This document shows, piece after piece, positions 1 through 14,371 of a stretch of DNA of 64,000 nt. The notes beneath the pieces are model-generated. The model was not told the origin of the DNA. It did not search any database and saw nothing but the letters and a program-made list of their open reading frames with translations. The stretch lies in the NCBI RefSeq assembly GCF_006345805.1, contig NC_043003.1, positions 95,046,001 to 95,110,000 of the forward strand, given 5' to 3'. Position numbers and translations under genes: made by a program. Position 1 is the first letter of the stretch; each line of letters starts with the position of its first letter. This DNA is from Octopus sinensis. Its lineage: Eukaryota.

Positions 1-927
1 CTATCTATCTATATATCCTGATCTACTGGGGGTCTTCATCTCAGAAATGTAAATCAAATCTTCTCTTCTGCCATTTGTTCTTATTAAGCTATGTCTTCTC
101 TTGGAGACGAAGACCAGCAAGAGTAGAGCATATTGACCACAGACTCAGTATTATACTTGTAACAAGATGTAAACATTTTGATACCATTATCAATTCAACC
201 ATCTTCAAGTTTTTCTGAAGAATATTGATTAGACTAAATTCAGTTTTATAATAAAAACTAGTCTTGCAAAAATTAGTTGTAAAAGAAAGAAAAAAATGAT
301 ACCTTTACTGTTATACTGGTTTTTCCATGGTTCGAAAAATTATTAACTTGGCAAACTTTTTTATTTTCTCACATTATTTCCTCTGCAAACATCAGCATGC
401 TCACATTATATTAAACACTAACTTGCAACAGAAAAATAAAGTTAGATCAGAGAAGAGTTTTACAGAAAAAAAAATGGACAAAATTAGATTCAAGGCAGAT
501 GATGTGTATGCATATGTACACACATACACACACACACACACAACACACACACATGCTATATTGACGAAATTGTTGAAAGAGAAGTGACAGACATTTATTT
601 TTTTCATCAAGCTGTAATGAGTTTTTTTTTGTTTTGTTTTGGGGGTTTTTTTTGGGTTTTTTTGTAGTATGAATCTGAAAAAATATTTAGTTATGAAATG
701 GAGATAAAAATATATTCAGCAGTGTAGATTTTGGTAGTATCTTTATGTAAGTATATTTCTTTACGACTGGGAGGAAAAAAAGGAATTTGAATAGAAAAAA
801 AAAGCAGTTGTTTAGTATGTACCAGAGAAAATATGAAGCATAAAAACATTTGGCTATAAATATGGTGATAAGGTTTATTTTAACATTTAGTGACTGTGTA
901 CCTCATCTTCCTAAAATATTTTATCTA

Positions 928-1152
928 GGTGCAGGCATGGCTGTGCGGTAAGAAGTTTGGTTCCCAGCCTCATGGTCCTTGGTTCATTTTCACTGTGTGG
1001 CATCTTGGACATGTGTTTTCTATATGTACATAGGCCGACCAAAGCATTGTGAGTGGATTTGGTAGACAGAAGCTGAAAGAAGCCTGTCATATATATATAT
1101 ATATATATATGTCATATATATATATATATATATATATGTCATATATATATAT

Positions 1153-1185
<33 letters not shown>

Positions 1186-1240
1186 GTCATATATATATAT
1201 ATAATTATATATATATATATTATATATATATATATAATTG
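928..1240 (+). mobile_element. SINE family A, 5' half, ending in an expanded gtc(at)n microsatellite
   Basis: tRNA-like head (tggctgtgcggt A-box, ggttcatt B-box-like), core with catcttgg...gtggatttggtagac, then (TA)n. Confidence 0.85.
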
Positions 1241-1354
1241 AATAAGGGTAGAAATTGATATTAATCAATTAAAACCTGTGGCCTAGCATATTAAAAAAAT
1301 CCGAAGATTAAAATATTTTTTACATACAAAATTTAAAGGACTGACCACTAAAAG

Positions 1355-1583
1355 TGACAAGGCCGGCCCTTTGAAATACAGGTACAACAGAAACAGGAAG
1401 TAAGAGTGAGAGAAAGTTGTGGTGAAAGAGTACAGCAGAGATCACCACCATCCCCTGCCGGAGCCTCGTGGAACTTTTAGGTGTTTTCGCTCAATAAACA
1501 CTCACAACACCCGGTCTGGGAATCAAAACCGTGATCCTATGACCGCGAGTCCGCTGCCCTAACCACTGGGCCATTGCGCCTCC
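1355..1583 (-). mobile_element. tRNA-derived SINE, family E (5' part)
   Basis: Minus strand begins ggaggcgcaatggcccagtggttagggcagcggactcgcggtcataggatcacggttttgattccc (A and B boxes), followed by a non-tRNA body. Confidence 0.75.
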
Positions 1584-2010
1584 ATAACAAGATAAATATC
1601 AGCACACGCGCAATGAATTAATGCAATTGGCTTTTTTCTCTCATCTAAATGTTTAACCTTTTAGTTCAGCAACAACTAGTGTTTTCTTATCCTCTCTCAT
1701 AACAATTTTCCACATATTGGATTGATTTGAACAAACTCAGAAATTTAGAGAAAGTGCTTGTTACAACATAATTTTTTCTTCCTTTTCTAGTTGTCTGAGT
1801 ATATCCCTTTGCAGTCCTGTCCTGCCCTTTCCCAACACCTGACAACTATTACTCAGATGTATGTGGATTTAGTTACTTGGATTATCAAAAGTTCAGACTT
1901 TCACTCCACATTGATTTTCACCCCCACAGAACCTACCACTTCTTCAGCTCCGTATGTTAGCTCACTATGAACCATGCACTAGCCAACTGCACTTATTTAA
2001 AAGCTTAGAT

Positions 2011-2237
2011 TCTCTCTCTCTCTCTGTCTTTTACTTGTTTCAGTCATTTGACTGCGGCCATGCTGGAGCACCGCCTTTAGTCGAGCAACTCGACCCCAGG
2101 ACTTATTTTTTGTAAGCCCATTACTTATTCTATCAGTCTCTTTTGCCGAACCACTAAGTGACGGGGACGTAAACACACCCGCATCAGTTGTCAAGCAATG
2201 CTAGGGGGACAAACACAGACACACAAACACACACGCA

Positions 2238-2275
<38 letters not shown>

Positions 2276-2441
2276 TACGACGGGCTTCTTTCAGTTTCCG
2301 TCTACCAAATCCACTCACAAGGCATTGGTCGGCCCAGGGCTATAGCAGAAGACACTTGCCCAAGATGCCACGCAGTGGGACTGAACCCGGAACCATGTGG
2401 TTGGTTAGCAAGCTACTTACCACACAGCCACTCTTGCGCCT
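2011..2441 (-). mobile_element. SINE family A, full length (CORE-like, resembles octopus OR-type SINEs)
   Basis: Head, core containing cttgggcaagtgtcttc, central (TA)n/(TG)n, 3' module ending ggcggtgctccagcatggccgcagtcaaatgactgaaacaagtaaaaga. Many copies in the window. Confidence 0.9.
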
Positions 2442-2945
2442 ATTTATTTATTTATAGCTGTTTCTCCATTACCATTCTTTATAGTCTTTGATTTGCATAA
2501 TTATGAAATAATGTCCTACTGACTGGAAAAACCTGACAGAAGGCCTCCGAGACAATGAATAATTGGAAAGAAGGAAAGATGACTTGATCAATACGTTTGG
2601 TCTAAATGAAAGAGAAGGTGCAATCAAAGAAAAAATGGCAAAAAGTTGTAACCGGCAATGTATAAGGACATCTGATAGTCTGGGCAGTAGAGAAATAGAG
2701 TAGCTATTTAGTGTTTGATTTCAGCCCCTTGAAATTCTCTCCAAATTATGAAATCTACTATGCTTCCACAGATTCGTTTATCTTACAGAATAGGGAAAAC
2801 TACTAACCAATTCATTACTATATTTGTGTTGAAATATTCTGCCTTTGTTTCAGTTAATTTCGAAAAGAATATCTTTGTCATTATTAAGCTCATGTTTGGA
2901 ACATAAATTAAAGTGACGTGATGGAAAGTTGTAATTGAGATTTGC

Positions 2946-3335
2946 TCTTTTACTTGTTTCAGTCTTGTGACTGTGGCCATGCTGGAGCACCACCTTCAGT
3001 CAAACAAATCAACTCAGGACTTATTCTTTCTAAGCCTAGTACTTATTCTATCAGTCTCTTTTGCTGAACCGCTAAGTTACGGGGACGTAAACACACCAGC
3101 ATCGGTTGTCAAGCGATGTTGGGGGGGGGGGACAGACACACATACATATATATATATATACACATATATATGATGGGCTTCTTTCAGTTTCCATCTGCCA
3201 AATCCACTCACAAGGCTTTGGTCAGCCCGAGGCTATAGTAGAAGACACTTGCACAAGGTACCACGCAGTGGGACTGAACCTGGAACCATGTGTTTCGTAA
3301 GCAAGCTACTTACCACACAGCCACTCCTACACCTA
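2946..3335 (-). mobile_element. SINE family A, full length
   Basis: Near-identical to 2011-2441. Confidence 0.9.
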
Positions 3336-4311
3336 TATGGTAATTTGTATCAAATAACTAGGTGAAATCTTTGGTGATTTGATATCAAAAGGGTTAACAT
3401 TTTTGATACCAAACTGCCAAGTTCACCTCTAGTTCCTTGACACAAATTCCCTATTCTAAAGTCTTGTCATTTATTCTCTTATGGCAGATATTCTATGTTC
3501 TATGGTTTTATTCCATCAAAACTCAGAGCAGTGAAGATGAAAAATTAGTTACTATGTTTGACTAATTACTATGTCTTCTGTGAGTTTAGCTTCTTCAAGC
3601 TAGTTTACTTCTACTTAATAAAAGAGTAACTATTAGTAAACAGTAGGATCTAAGGAACCTATTGGTGGTCGGTGTCAGCAGTTAATGTAAACAGCTCAAA
3701 AATGAAATAAATTAGTTTCCCATGAGGAAGAGAGAAGTCTAATGTTTCAGGTAGTGTCTACCCTTCGTTGGTGAGTGATGTTTTCTGATGGTAACAAATA
3801 TATTGGGAGTAGTGAGAAGGGAGAAGCATGTAATAGTGAAGAAAGGGGACAGTGAAAATAGTGCGTATGTTTTTATATATGTGTGTGTGTGTGTGTGCAT
3901 ATATATTTATATGTATGCATGTACATTTGAGCGACTGTGTGTGTGTGTGTATGATTGCTTCTGATATAACCTTATAGGAAAGTTGCCCGAGGACTCTACC
4001 CCCATAACCCTCCTAGGAACAGTGGGTGAAGATAACTGGATGGATATGTGTGAATATGTATATATATATATATATATGTGTGTATGTGTGTGTATATATA
4101 TATGTATGTATATACACACACATATATATATATATACATACATACATACATACATACATACATACACATATATATATATACACATATATATAATGCATTT
4201 ACATGTGTGTGTTTATGTATATGTATATAAAATTATAAATTAAAAGCAGTGCTAGTAATGTAAACATTATCAATGTCACATACATAGTGTACATGTTTTT
4301 TTTAAACAGTT

Positions 4312-4670
4312 ATTTGCTGCGGGATGCAAAGTCGACCTCGGCGAAATTTGAACTCAGAATGTAAAAAAGACGAAATACTGCTAAGCATTCCACCCGGTGT
4401 TTTAACATTTCTGCCAACTCACAGCCTTAGCAAAAATACATATTTATTTCTTTATTGCCCACAGGGGGCTAAACATAGAGGGGACACACAAAAACAAAGG
4501 GATTAAGTCGATTACATCAACCCAGTGCATAACTGGTACTTATTTAATCGACCCCAAAAGGATGAAAGCAAAGTCGACCTCGGCAGAATTTGAACTCAGA
4601 ACATAACGGCAGACAAAATACTGCTAAGCATTTCACCCGGCATGCTAACAATTCTGCCAGCTCACTGCAC
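4312..4670 (-). mobile_element. SINE family B, one partial and one full copy
   Basis: Head gagctggcagaa...gagttcaaattc and core gaggtcgactttgc(c)tttcatcc (Meta/MESC-like core, from memory). The full copy is flanked by gcaaaaata(c/a)atatt. Confidence 0.85.
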
Positions 4671-4867
4671 GCAAAAATAAATATTGAAAAAAAAAAAACA
4701 ATGCATTTGGCCAAATTTGGACATATGACAGTTTAAACATAATAGCAATGAAATATATTTACATAGAGTGTAAAATATACAGAATTGTAATACATAATTT
4801 CTCAACTTGACAGCTGTTTCAGGAAAGATACAGATAAACGCACCATTCCTACCTACCTCTCTCTCTG

Positions 4868-4924
<57 letters not shown>

Positions 4925-5544
4925 TAGATGTTGGTTTTGTAAGGTTTATGATCCAGTTCTGAAGGTAATGAATGGGTATCTTGATGGTGTTAATTATACC
5001 CTAGCATGACGATAACTTGGATGGAAAAGTAATACTGACAATACCAACCTGGTGACTGGAGACCCATCTTAACTTATAGGGAAGAATTTAGTCAGTTTAG
5101 TATTGCTAGAATACAGATATAGATAACATGGTATCAAGAGGTAGAAATAGATTTCTTGGATTAATATAAAATAAAAATAGCTAATCTTATTCATGTGCTG
5201 TAACAAAACCAAATTTCTAAGCCTATAAATTCTTTGTTTCAAATCTTATCCTGCAATAAATAAATCTACTGTAGCTGTTGTATTCGTATTAAACTATAAG
5301 ATGTAGGAACAACCATGCTTGAATGAATTCTATTTGTTTATTCATTGAAAAGCATGCACTCAAATTAAATAGAAATTTACCAACTATTGTCTTATCAATG
5401 CATAAGAACATGTAACTAATTACATTCTTTTACATGCAGTCAGAGCCTGGAAAAGTATTGGTACAGGGTTCAAGTCTTGTCTACAATTTTATAAAAATGT
5501 AGGTGGTTTCCCCATCTCATATTAGTGTTGACTAAGTATTCTTT

Positions 5545-5900
5545 TGTTCTTTTGTTACTTGTTTCTGTTTTAGGACTGTGGCCATGCTAGGGTCCTGCCT
5601 TAAAGGATTTTAGTCAAATAAATTGACTCCAATACTTGTTTGCTTTTTTAAGCCTGGTACTTATTCTATTGGTCTCATGCTGAACCACTAAGTTATAGGG
5701 ATGTAAACAGACTATCTTCAGTTTTTAGTGGTTGTGGGGTCAAACACAAAGACACACATATCATCATCACATATACATTTAAACAACAGGCTTCTTTAAG
5801 TTTTTGCTTACCAAATCCACACAGTTTCTGTCTACTCACAAGGCATTGGTCAGCTTGGGGCTATAGTAGAAGACACTTACCCAATGTACCATGCCTACAG
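5545..5900 (-). mobile_element. SINE family A, degenerate
   Basis: Colinear similarity to family A with many CpG-to-TpG changes. Confidence 0.75.
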
Positions 5901-5904
5901 CTGT

Positions 5905-6490
5905 ATCACTTAATCATCATCATTTAGTGTCCATTTTCCATGCTGGCATGGGTTGGATGGTTTGACCAAGGCTGGCATGCTAGAGAGCTGCACCAGACTC
6001 CAGACTGATTTGGCTCAGTGTCTACAGCTGGATGCCCTTACTAGCGCCAACCACTTTGCAGTGTGTGCTGGGTGCTTTTATGTGGCACCATACAAGCGCT
6101 CTTACATGGTGCCAGCATGAGTGCCTTTTACATGGCACCAGCACAGAACTCTTGCAGACCAATCTTCTTTGCCCAGGAGAGCAGCCTTAAAACTTCTGCT
6201 GTGGGGTATGGGTCTTCTTGAGTACAGCAAGGCATCAGGTATCTCAGTACTTCATCCCATGTCTTCCTCTTCTATATGTTCCATCTATTTTCAGAGATTG
6301 GCACTTCTTTATGGAACTGTCGACATCCGCATCACATAACCAAACTAGTGCAGTCTTCTCTCTTGCACACTGCATCTAATTCTTCTTCTGCCTAATTTCT
6401 CTCTCAATACACTAGAACTATGTCCAACATGTACACTTACATTACACACCCAGCAGATGCAGCCTTTCACACCTTCTCTCTGATAGAACC
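5905..6490 (-). mobile_element. RTE-clade LINE 3' fragment (end of ORF2 plus 3' UTR with GAT tail)
   Basis: Minus-strand translation LREKLGRRRIRCSVQERRLH*FGYVMRM...RKTWDEVLR matches the RTE ORF2 C-terminus. It is contiguous with the UTR ending catggaaaatggacactaaatgatgatgat. Confidence 0.75.
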
Positions 6491-6799
6491 TATGACGTAA
6501 TGCATGATAAATTCATAACATGAATAAATAAACATTACATCCAATAGTACTGTAATCTGAATGTTAAAGGGTTAACATCCCTGTCTGGCCCACTCATGTC
6601 TTCAGCAAAGCCAGTCTATTGCAAGGATTTAGAGGAGATCTGAGGATAACTTCCACCACCAATTTTGAATGTCCTGATTAAAAGACATGGGGTATTTGCT
6701 TTTCCTCTCCTGACTAAGCCATGAAAAAAAGTAATTAAATGCCTGAAGCAGATATGAACTCTCAACCTATGGGATAGTAGTTTATAGCCTTATCAATTC

Positions 6800-7032
6800 T
6801 TATTTCTTTATTGCCCTCAAGGGACTGAACATAGAGGGGACAAACAAGGTCAGACAAAAGTATTAAGTCAATTACATCGACCCCAGGGTGTAACTGGTAC
6901 TTATTTCATTGACCCCGAAAGGATGAAAGACAAAGTCGACCTCAGCAGAATTTGAACTCAGAACGTAACAGCAGATGAAATACTGCTAAGCATTTCGCCT
7001 GGTGTGCTAACGTTTCTGCCAGCTCGCCACCT
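6800..7032 (-). mobile_element. SINE family B (B1 tail)
   Basis: Full head, core and tail ttgtcccctctatgttcagtccc...aataaagaaata. Confidence 0.88.
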
Positions 7033-8371
7033 TTATCAATTCTACCATTTAACATATATTCTGGAAGTTATTAGTAAAATGATTGTCTTGGTAAAAGAGA
7101 TAAGCTCATGAGTAAAAATGTAGTTATGAGATCTAGATCTAGCAATGTTTTCCACTGCAGAAATAGGCTAATGTTATATCCAAGATGGGATTAGTATCTC
7201 TTCTGTTTATTCTAAGGATTAGGGAGTTATTGAAAGGAGGATTGAAGTACTTTGTGATATTACTCTTGACCACAACTCTACTTCTAAACATATTGGATCT
7301 AAGATGGACTTCAAACCACCAGAAATAAACAACTAAAATCTATGCAATACTTAATCCTTCGGATAGCGTTAAGTGCATGCATGGATGACCAATAGGAAAA
7401 GAGATTTATGTATTAACAGTTCATCAAATAATTAGCTAATGCTCTTGAAGAGGTAAATTCACTCACAAGTTACAACTGGTTGAATCCAGATTACTTTTGT
7501 TAAAACTAGTAAAAGCTCTCAAGAAATGTATGGTTGCCATATAATTTCATTCCTTTTCCCTTCTAAGTTTTGTATTCTTTTACTGAATTAAGATATTGAT
7601 ATTTATGCAACATAAAGGTCATGCACAGCTACTGTTTTTCTGTTTATTTTATTTTATACCAGTTTGCACCCTTGTTGATAAAATCATGGTTTCAATTTCT
7701 GGATTTGGCAATGCTTTGTGTTTTTGAGCCAAACACTTTTTTCACATTGCTCCTGTCCACTCAACTGGTAAAAATGAGTAATCTTGTGATTGAGTGGTGT
7801 CCTGTCCAGTGGCAAATATGTATACACCACAGAATCCAGGAAACTGGCCTTATAAGCCTATGGCTCGGGAAGGACCTTTGATCCTTTTAAGGCTTTTTAT
7901 TGCTTGTGTTATACTTATGTCATAAGGGTTGCCAAATTATATTTTACTATGTTGAGCATGTTGAGTCCAAATAGTTACTACTAATGCTATATTACATACC
8001 AAAATGTCAAAATAGAATCTAAGCCAGACTTGGATATCATTTTTTGAGAAATGAGCCTTGTGAGACTTCGCTCATCATTAGGTGAGCCACACTACTATAA
8101 AAATTCGAGATAATTTTTTTGTTAACATGCAGTTCAGAAAGTTCCACAGCTCATAGTTTGCCCATGATTGATCTTAGGAATCCAGTTTTGGTATTTGTCT
8201 CACTGTGTAGTTATACTAGTCATTAAGGCAGTGTAATCGACTTAGCCCCTTCCCTGAATTTGCTAGCCTTATACCAAAATTTGAAACCAATATTATACTA
8301 GTTATTACTATTGTTAAACTAGTAGTTGTTATTAGTCCTTTCTATTTCTGCATATGAGTACACACACACAT

Positions 8372-8605
8372 ATGTGTTTCTTTTCTACCCACAAGGGGCT
8401 ACACACAGAGGGGACAAACAAGGACAGACAAACGGATTAACTCGATTACATCGACCCCAGTGCGTATGGTACTTAATTTATCGACCCCGAAAGGATGAAA
8501 GGCAAAGTCGACCTCGGCGGAATTTGAACTCAGAACGTAACAGCTGACGAAATACAGCTACGCATTTCGTCCAGCGTGCTAACATTTCTGCCAGCTCGTC
8601 GCCTT
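8372..8605 (-). mobile_element. SINE family B (B1 tail), young copy
   Basis: Full length with CpGs retained. Confidence 0.88.
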
Positions 8606-9239
8606 CATGTGGTGTCATACAACCCATATTAAGAAAGTAAATTAAATTATACGCAAATGAAATTTAATACAACTTCCAAACAGATGCATGGTTTGCAAAG
8701 CACCATGACTCTTTAAAACAACATGAAACTTCATACAGTCAGTGCAATCATATCTATTTTTCTTAATGCTCACTCAGGGTTTTGTTACTGAGATACACAC
8801 CGAAATTATCTTTGTATTTTGGGGTTTAACATTGTGTATAAACACACCAAAATTGTATTTTGGGCGCTTACATAATATATAAACATTAAAATTATCTTTG
8901 TATTTGAGAGGTTATATTGTATACACACACACACACACAAATGAAAGAAAAAAACTATCTTTGTTTTTTTATGGGATATGTTATTTCACAAGAATGCAGC
9001 ACAGACATGTTTCAGGGGTTGTTTGTTTGTTTTTTTGTATTTTTCTCTCTGGAAATAATTTGCACATTACAACATTTTTACCTACAACAAAGTATTTAAA
9101 GAACTAAAAAAGAACATTGTTTATTAATTTCTCATACATAACATATTTTAGAAGTATGTAGTATTAAGAAAACAAACCAGGTTGAAAAGAACACATGTAT
9201 CAGCATATACATACATCTCACTCTCCCTTACCCTCACCC

Positions 9240-9260
9240 CACATATTTATATGTATATGC

Positions 9261-9299
<39 letters not shown>

Positions 9300-9324
9300 C
9301 ATATTTATATATATGTGTATATGC

Positions 9325-9359
<35 letters not shown>

Positions 9360-9370
9360 ATATATATTAC

Positions 9371-9423
<53 letters not shown>

Positions 9424-9508
9424 CATATTATATATATATATACACACATATATATATACACACATATATATATACACATATATATAATATATATATATAT
9501 ATACACAC

Positions 9509-9552
<44 letters not shown>

Positions 9553-9572
9553 GTATACACACATATATATAT

Positions 9573-9605
<33 letters not shown>

Positions 9606-9620
9606 CACACACACATATAA
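9240..9620. repeat. Compound (TA)n/(CA)n microsatellite
   Basis: Seen directly; it produces the YIYI/CVCV ORFs in the track. Confidence 0.97.
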
Positions 9621-10120
9621 ACCACATACACACATGTTAAATATCTTATTCACAGTGGTGCAGCTACAAGTCCCTTAAGAGAACCTCCAGCTGTTTTCTG
9701 AAGGGATCTGATTTCATGTATATGTATATATACATATATGTGTGTGTGTGTGTTTTGTTTATCAGCATGTGTGTGTTTTTCTGCTTAGATGGAGGACAGG
9801 GTTACAAACATTACACATTTGTTTGTTAGGGAAGTCATGAAGTTATGTAAGCTTGTGTGTATTTATACAGAAAGAATATAGAATTCTTTTTCTTTTATTT
9901 TTGGTTGTTCCTTTGAAATATTAATTTGTGCCTGTAATAGTTTATATATAAATTGTTATGTCCCAAGTCAACAATAACTGTGCTGACCTGTGATTAGAGG
10001 TGCTCCAAGTATGACCACCCCACCTTTTATTGAAACAGTGTATCTTGTTCTAGGTTATCCAATGTGTCTTATAGCTTATTTTTGGAAAGACAATTGATCA
10101 GTGAGATGCAGAGATGTGAT

Positions 10121-10340
10121 TTAACCTTTTAGCATTTAGACAGGCTGTCTCTGACCCAAGTATTCTTACCTGGTTTATGTTCTAACCAGCCAAATCTGGC
10201 CACTTACACATGCCCTACAATGTCATTCTAAAACTAATCACATTATCGAAATAATAACATCATCAATAATGCATATTTAATTTAAAACAATGAGAATAAA
10301 TATGCTTCATATTTGACAGAGTAATCTGAATGCTAAACTG
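10121..10340. mobile_element. TTAA-flanked MITE, family 2, partly degenerate
   Basis: Starts ttaaccttttagcatt. Body is shared with 15245-15410, 25805-26024 and 37915-38117. Confidence 0.6.
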
Positions 10341-10712
10341 TGAAGAATGATCTAGCTGCTATTTTTAGCAGTTTCAGTGACCCAGATAGAGGCTTCACCT
10401 TTGGGTCTTCTATAGATGCAAGTTTCTTTTTACAAAGTAGGGAGCCACTTTTAACAAAGCATGAAAGGGATACAGTATAGCAGACCGAAGTCGTATGTCA
10501 TCATTAGTTTTTGTTTTACCAACTTAAAGCCAAAATAATGAAAGACAGAACCAGGTGGGAGAAGGATTTGAACATAAAACAGTGAAATGTGAAACTAAAC
10601 TCAATAAAGCAGCCAGTCAGGTACATTAATCTCCCAGCTACTTCCGTGTGTGTGTGTGTTGGTTTCTAAACATGTAAACCTGCTCCCGAAATAAAATCAT
10701 CATCATCAAATA

Positions 10713-11070
10713 TGGCTGTTTGGTAAGAAGATTGCTTTCTGACCACATGGTTCCAGATTCAGTCCCACTGCATGGCACCTTGGGCAACTGTCTTCTACTA
10801 TAGCCTTGGGCTGACCAAAGCCTTGTAAGTGGATTTGGTAAACAGAAACTGAAAGAAGTCTTTGTGTCCGTGTTTGTCCCCCATCACCACTTGACAACCA
10901 TTGTTGGTGTGTTTACATCCCTGTAACTTTGCAGTTCAGCAAAAGAAACCAATAAAATAAGTAGAAGGCTTTAAAAAATGTCAATTTGTTCAACTAAAGC
11001 GAAAAACACTTGAAGAGGGTACTCCTGCATGGCCATAGTCAAATGACCGAAGCAAGTAAAAGGTAAAAGA
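10713..11070 (+). mobile_element. SINE family A
   Basis: Head, core and 3' module present. Confidence 0.85.
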
Positions 11071-11997
11071 CCTTGTAATGTTCCATGCTGGCATAGGTTG
11101 GATGGTTTGACAACCTGATGGATCTAGGAACTACACCATACACCAGTATCTGCTTTGGCATGCTTGCTACAGTTGGATGCCTTTCCTAATGCCATCCACT
11201 TTACAAAGTGTACAGGGAGCTTTTTTTGACGCACCAACACTAGTGTTGTCCTTATGCAGCTCAATTAAGTGGAGCTATGGCAGTGAGGAAGATGGCTTTA
11301 TGCTGGGAGATGAGAAGTTAAAGTATGAAAGAAGGGAACAGAACAGGTTTCTTGATGAAGAGGAGCCTCGTGGCTACTCACTTCTTAGAATGGTGGGTAG
11401 TAGTAACCAGGCTGGAGTGGTATTTTATCAGTATTGGTACTGAAATGTCAGTAGCAATGCTTTTGTCCATTTACAACAAGGTAGGCATCTAGATGTAAAG
11501 ACATGGTATTTCTCTCTCTCTCTCTGCTAGAATATGAATGCATTACAAATAAAACATGACACCTGTCTCAACTAACCAAACACTCATATATAAAGGACAC
11601 AGTTTTGTATCACATGCCTTAAGTCTCTCTCTTATGCTACCATAAATTAATATTGGATATGATGGGCAGAAAATGTCAACATTATCCACTGACTTACTGT
11701 CACTTGTCAGATGAACATGTTATCAGTTACACTACAAAACACCTGTCGCTTCTTGGCCTTTTAAATACTATAAGGAGTCTTTCTGTCATTTTTAATTTCA
11801 TTACACTTAAGTCTTTAAGCCAGTTTGTTCATTATATAGCTAAAGATAAATACATAACTGGTTTGAGTTTTGTTGGTGAACCACTTAGTGATTTTGGTCT
11901 CAAGTTGGCACTAAAAATGTTTTATTTTGAAAATTTTAGTAATTAATTCATAACATATAAACAATTCTTCACACACACACACACACATATATATATA

Positions 11998-12363
11998 TTC
12001 TTTTATTTGTTTCAGTCATTTGACTGCAGCCATGCTGGAGCACTGCCTTTAGTCGAGCAAATCGACCCCAGGACTTATTCTTTGTAAGCCTAGTACTTAT
12101 TCTATCGGTCTCTCTTGCCGGATTGCTAAGTTACAGGGATGTAAACATACCAGCATCGGTTGTCAAGGGATGTTGGGGGAACAAACATATACATACATAT
12201 ATATATACAACTGGCTTCTTTCAGTTTCTGTTTACCAGATCCACTCACAAGGCTTTGGTCGGCCTGAGGCTATAGTAGAATACACTTGCCCAAGGTGTCG
12301 CGCAGTGGGACCGAACCCGGAACCATGTGGTTGGTAAGCAAGCTACTTACCACACAGCCACTT
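11998..12363 (-). mobile_element. SINE family A
   Basis: Full length. Confidence 0.9.
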
Positions 12364-13314
12364 CTATAGATAGATAGACAGACAGACAGTGAAGACACAT
12401 AGCCTACTGGTTAGGGTTTTGCACATACAACTGGATGATGATGATTTTGAGTCTCATACCATTGGTGCATTGTATTCTTGAATAAAATCCTCTGCATGCC
12501 TATCCAGCAGAGTGGCTTCATCTGAAGGTTACAACAATACAAAGAAGTGCATTGTGATTAGTGGTGTATAACCACACCTCATAGTTTGGTTGATATATAG
12601 ATCATCATCATCTTTTAATGTCTGTTTTCTATGCTGGCATGGGTTGGACAGTTTGACCGGAGCTGGTAAGGCCAGGAGCCACACCAGGCTCCATTGTCTG
12701 TTCTGGCATGGATATCCTTCATAATATCACAGAGTGTACTGGGTGCTTTTTACATGACACCATATATCTTTATATATATATATATACACACACACGTTTA
12801 CATATTTACAGTAAAGAGATGAAAGCAAAATAAGTTTAGTATTGGTAACACAGTTGTGGTTTCATGGATGGGAACCTAAACTTCATTCACTTCGTTCAAG
12901 GCCAGCACTTCTGCATTGAAAGTTAACTATAAGAGCAATCCTTATTGACCTGTCACGGAGGTAGTAAGGTAAATAAATAGTGTTTGGTTTGAGACATATA
13001 TTTACATGGAACACAAAATACAAATTACAGAATAAAGAAAAAGATGGGAACAAAACAAAAATTATGTAAAGTCTTATCTCAACAGCTGTTTCAAGACTGC
13101 TTTAGCTATAACTTATGTAATAACCATATTCATACATATGTGCATACCATAGGTGTGTGTCTTGCAACAAGTTCAATGAGATTGTTAAATTAAATTAGGT
13201 GTCACTTCTCAGGAGCAAGATACATTTTTAAAATGTATATAATTTACTTGATTTGCTGTATTCTGTTACACATCTGCACTCTATCATTTATTTTTTGATC
13301 TTAACATCACATTG

Positions 13315-13504
13315 GAGGTTGTGTTAGGACACAAAATACTACGTTATTTACATTGAGAGGACCTCTCATATGGCCAACATTGGCCGTAGCAGGCAGTTCT
13401 TGTCTATCAAAAGTATAAATATGAGTGTTTTTATGCACCAAGAGTCTATATTAGAAGTCCTCTCAATGTAAATAATGCAGTATTCTCTGTTCTAACACAA
13501 CCTC
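13315..13504. mobile_element. MITE-like element with about 52-bp terminal inverted repeats
   Basis: 13315-13366 is an imperfect reverse complement of 13453-13504. Confidence 0.65.
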
Positions 13505-13643
13505 AACATTAAGTTGGATACAAAGATTGCTTTTTGGTATTAATATTGTTTCTGTCACTATCAGTTATTTACAATATCATACTTTATTTTCAGTCAACAA
13601 GGTTTATGAAAGCTACAAATGTATAAAGCCAAAATATTCTTAA

Positions 13644-13863
13644 CCCTTTCATTACCAACCCGGCTGAAACCGGCTCTGGCTCTCAGTACAAATGTCTTGT
13701 TTTCATAAGGTTTGAATTAAAATCTTCCACCAAACCTTAGTCACAATTTGTGTTCCTAAAACTAGCTCAATGATAACTAAGTTATTTTACTAAGTATTTT
13801 GTTATATTTAAAGTAATTAAAAGAAACACAGATCATCTCAAATGAAATACAGTAACGAAAGGG
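13644..13863. mobile_element. piggyBac-type MITE, family 1
   Basis: TTAA|CCCTTTCATTAC ... GTAACGAAAGGG|TTAA. Related copies at 53533-53755 and partial near 31345. Confidence 0.8.
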
Positions 13864-14336
13864 TTAAACTCCATATCATTCTATTAAACTAAACAATATT
13901 GCTATTTGTTAATATATGATGTTAGTTGCAGTAAAATAAGTGTATAAAATATACATTGACTCTTTGGTAAAAATCTTTCATTCTGTCCAGTCTAATTAAT
14001 TTTCATTAATATTTAAATATTTTAAGTTTCTTTACCATTTATTTCAAATGTTCTTTTCATACCTTACACTTTTAAATGTACTACTTCTAAAATTGTTTTA
14101 AATTTGGACATCAGTACATGTGTGTTACTAATTATCATCTGATATTGATATCTTTTATTATCATTCAATATTAAGAATACATACCTGGCAATTTTGATTA
14201 GCTATAGATAATGATATATGTAGAAAATGTTTGTTTTTTTTACCCCTAATTTTATAAATTGCTACTCAATACATTATTTCTATTAGTCTTAGCAGAAATG
14301 GAAATTACAAAAAGAAAGTAATAATGTTCAATTTAA

Positions 14337-14371
<35 letters not shown>

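Noticed and set aside
9182-9678. Long ORFs rich in Y/I/H/T or C/V (also near 1.0, 4.0, 37.5, 50.7 and 53.0 kb)
   Set aside because: They are translations of (TA)n/(CA)n microsatellites, open in several frames and on both strands.
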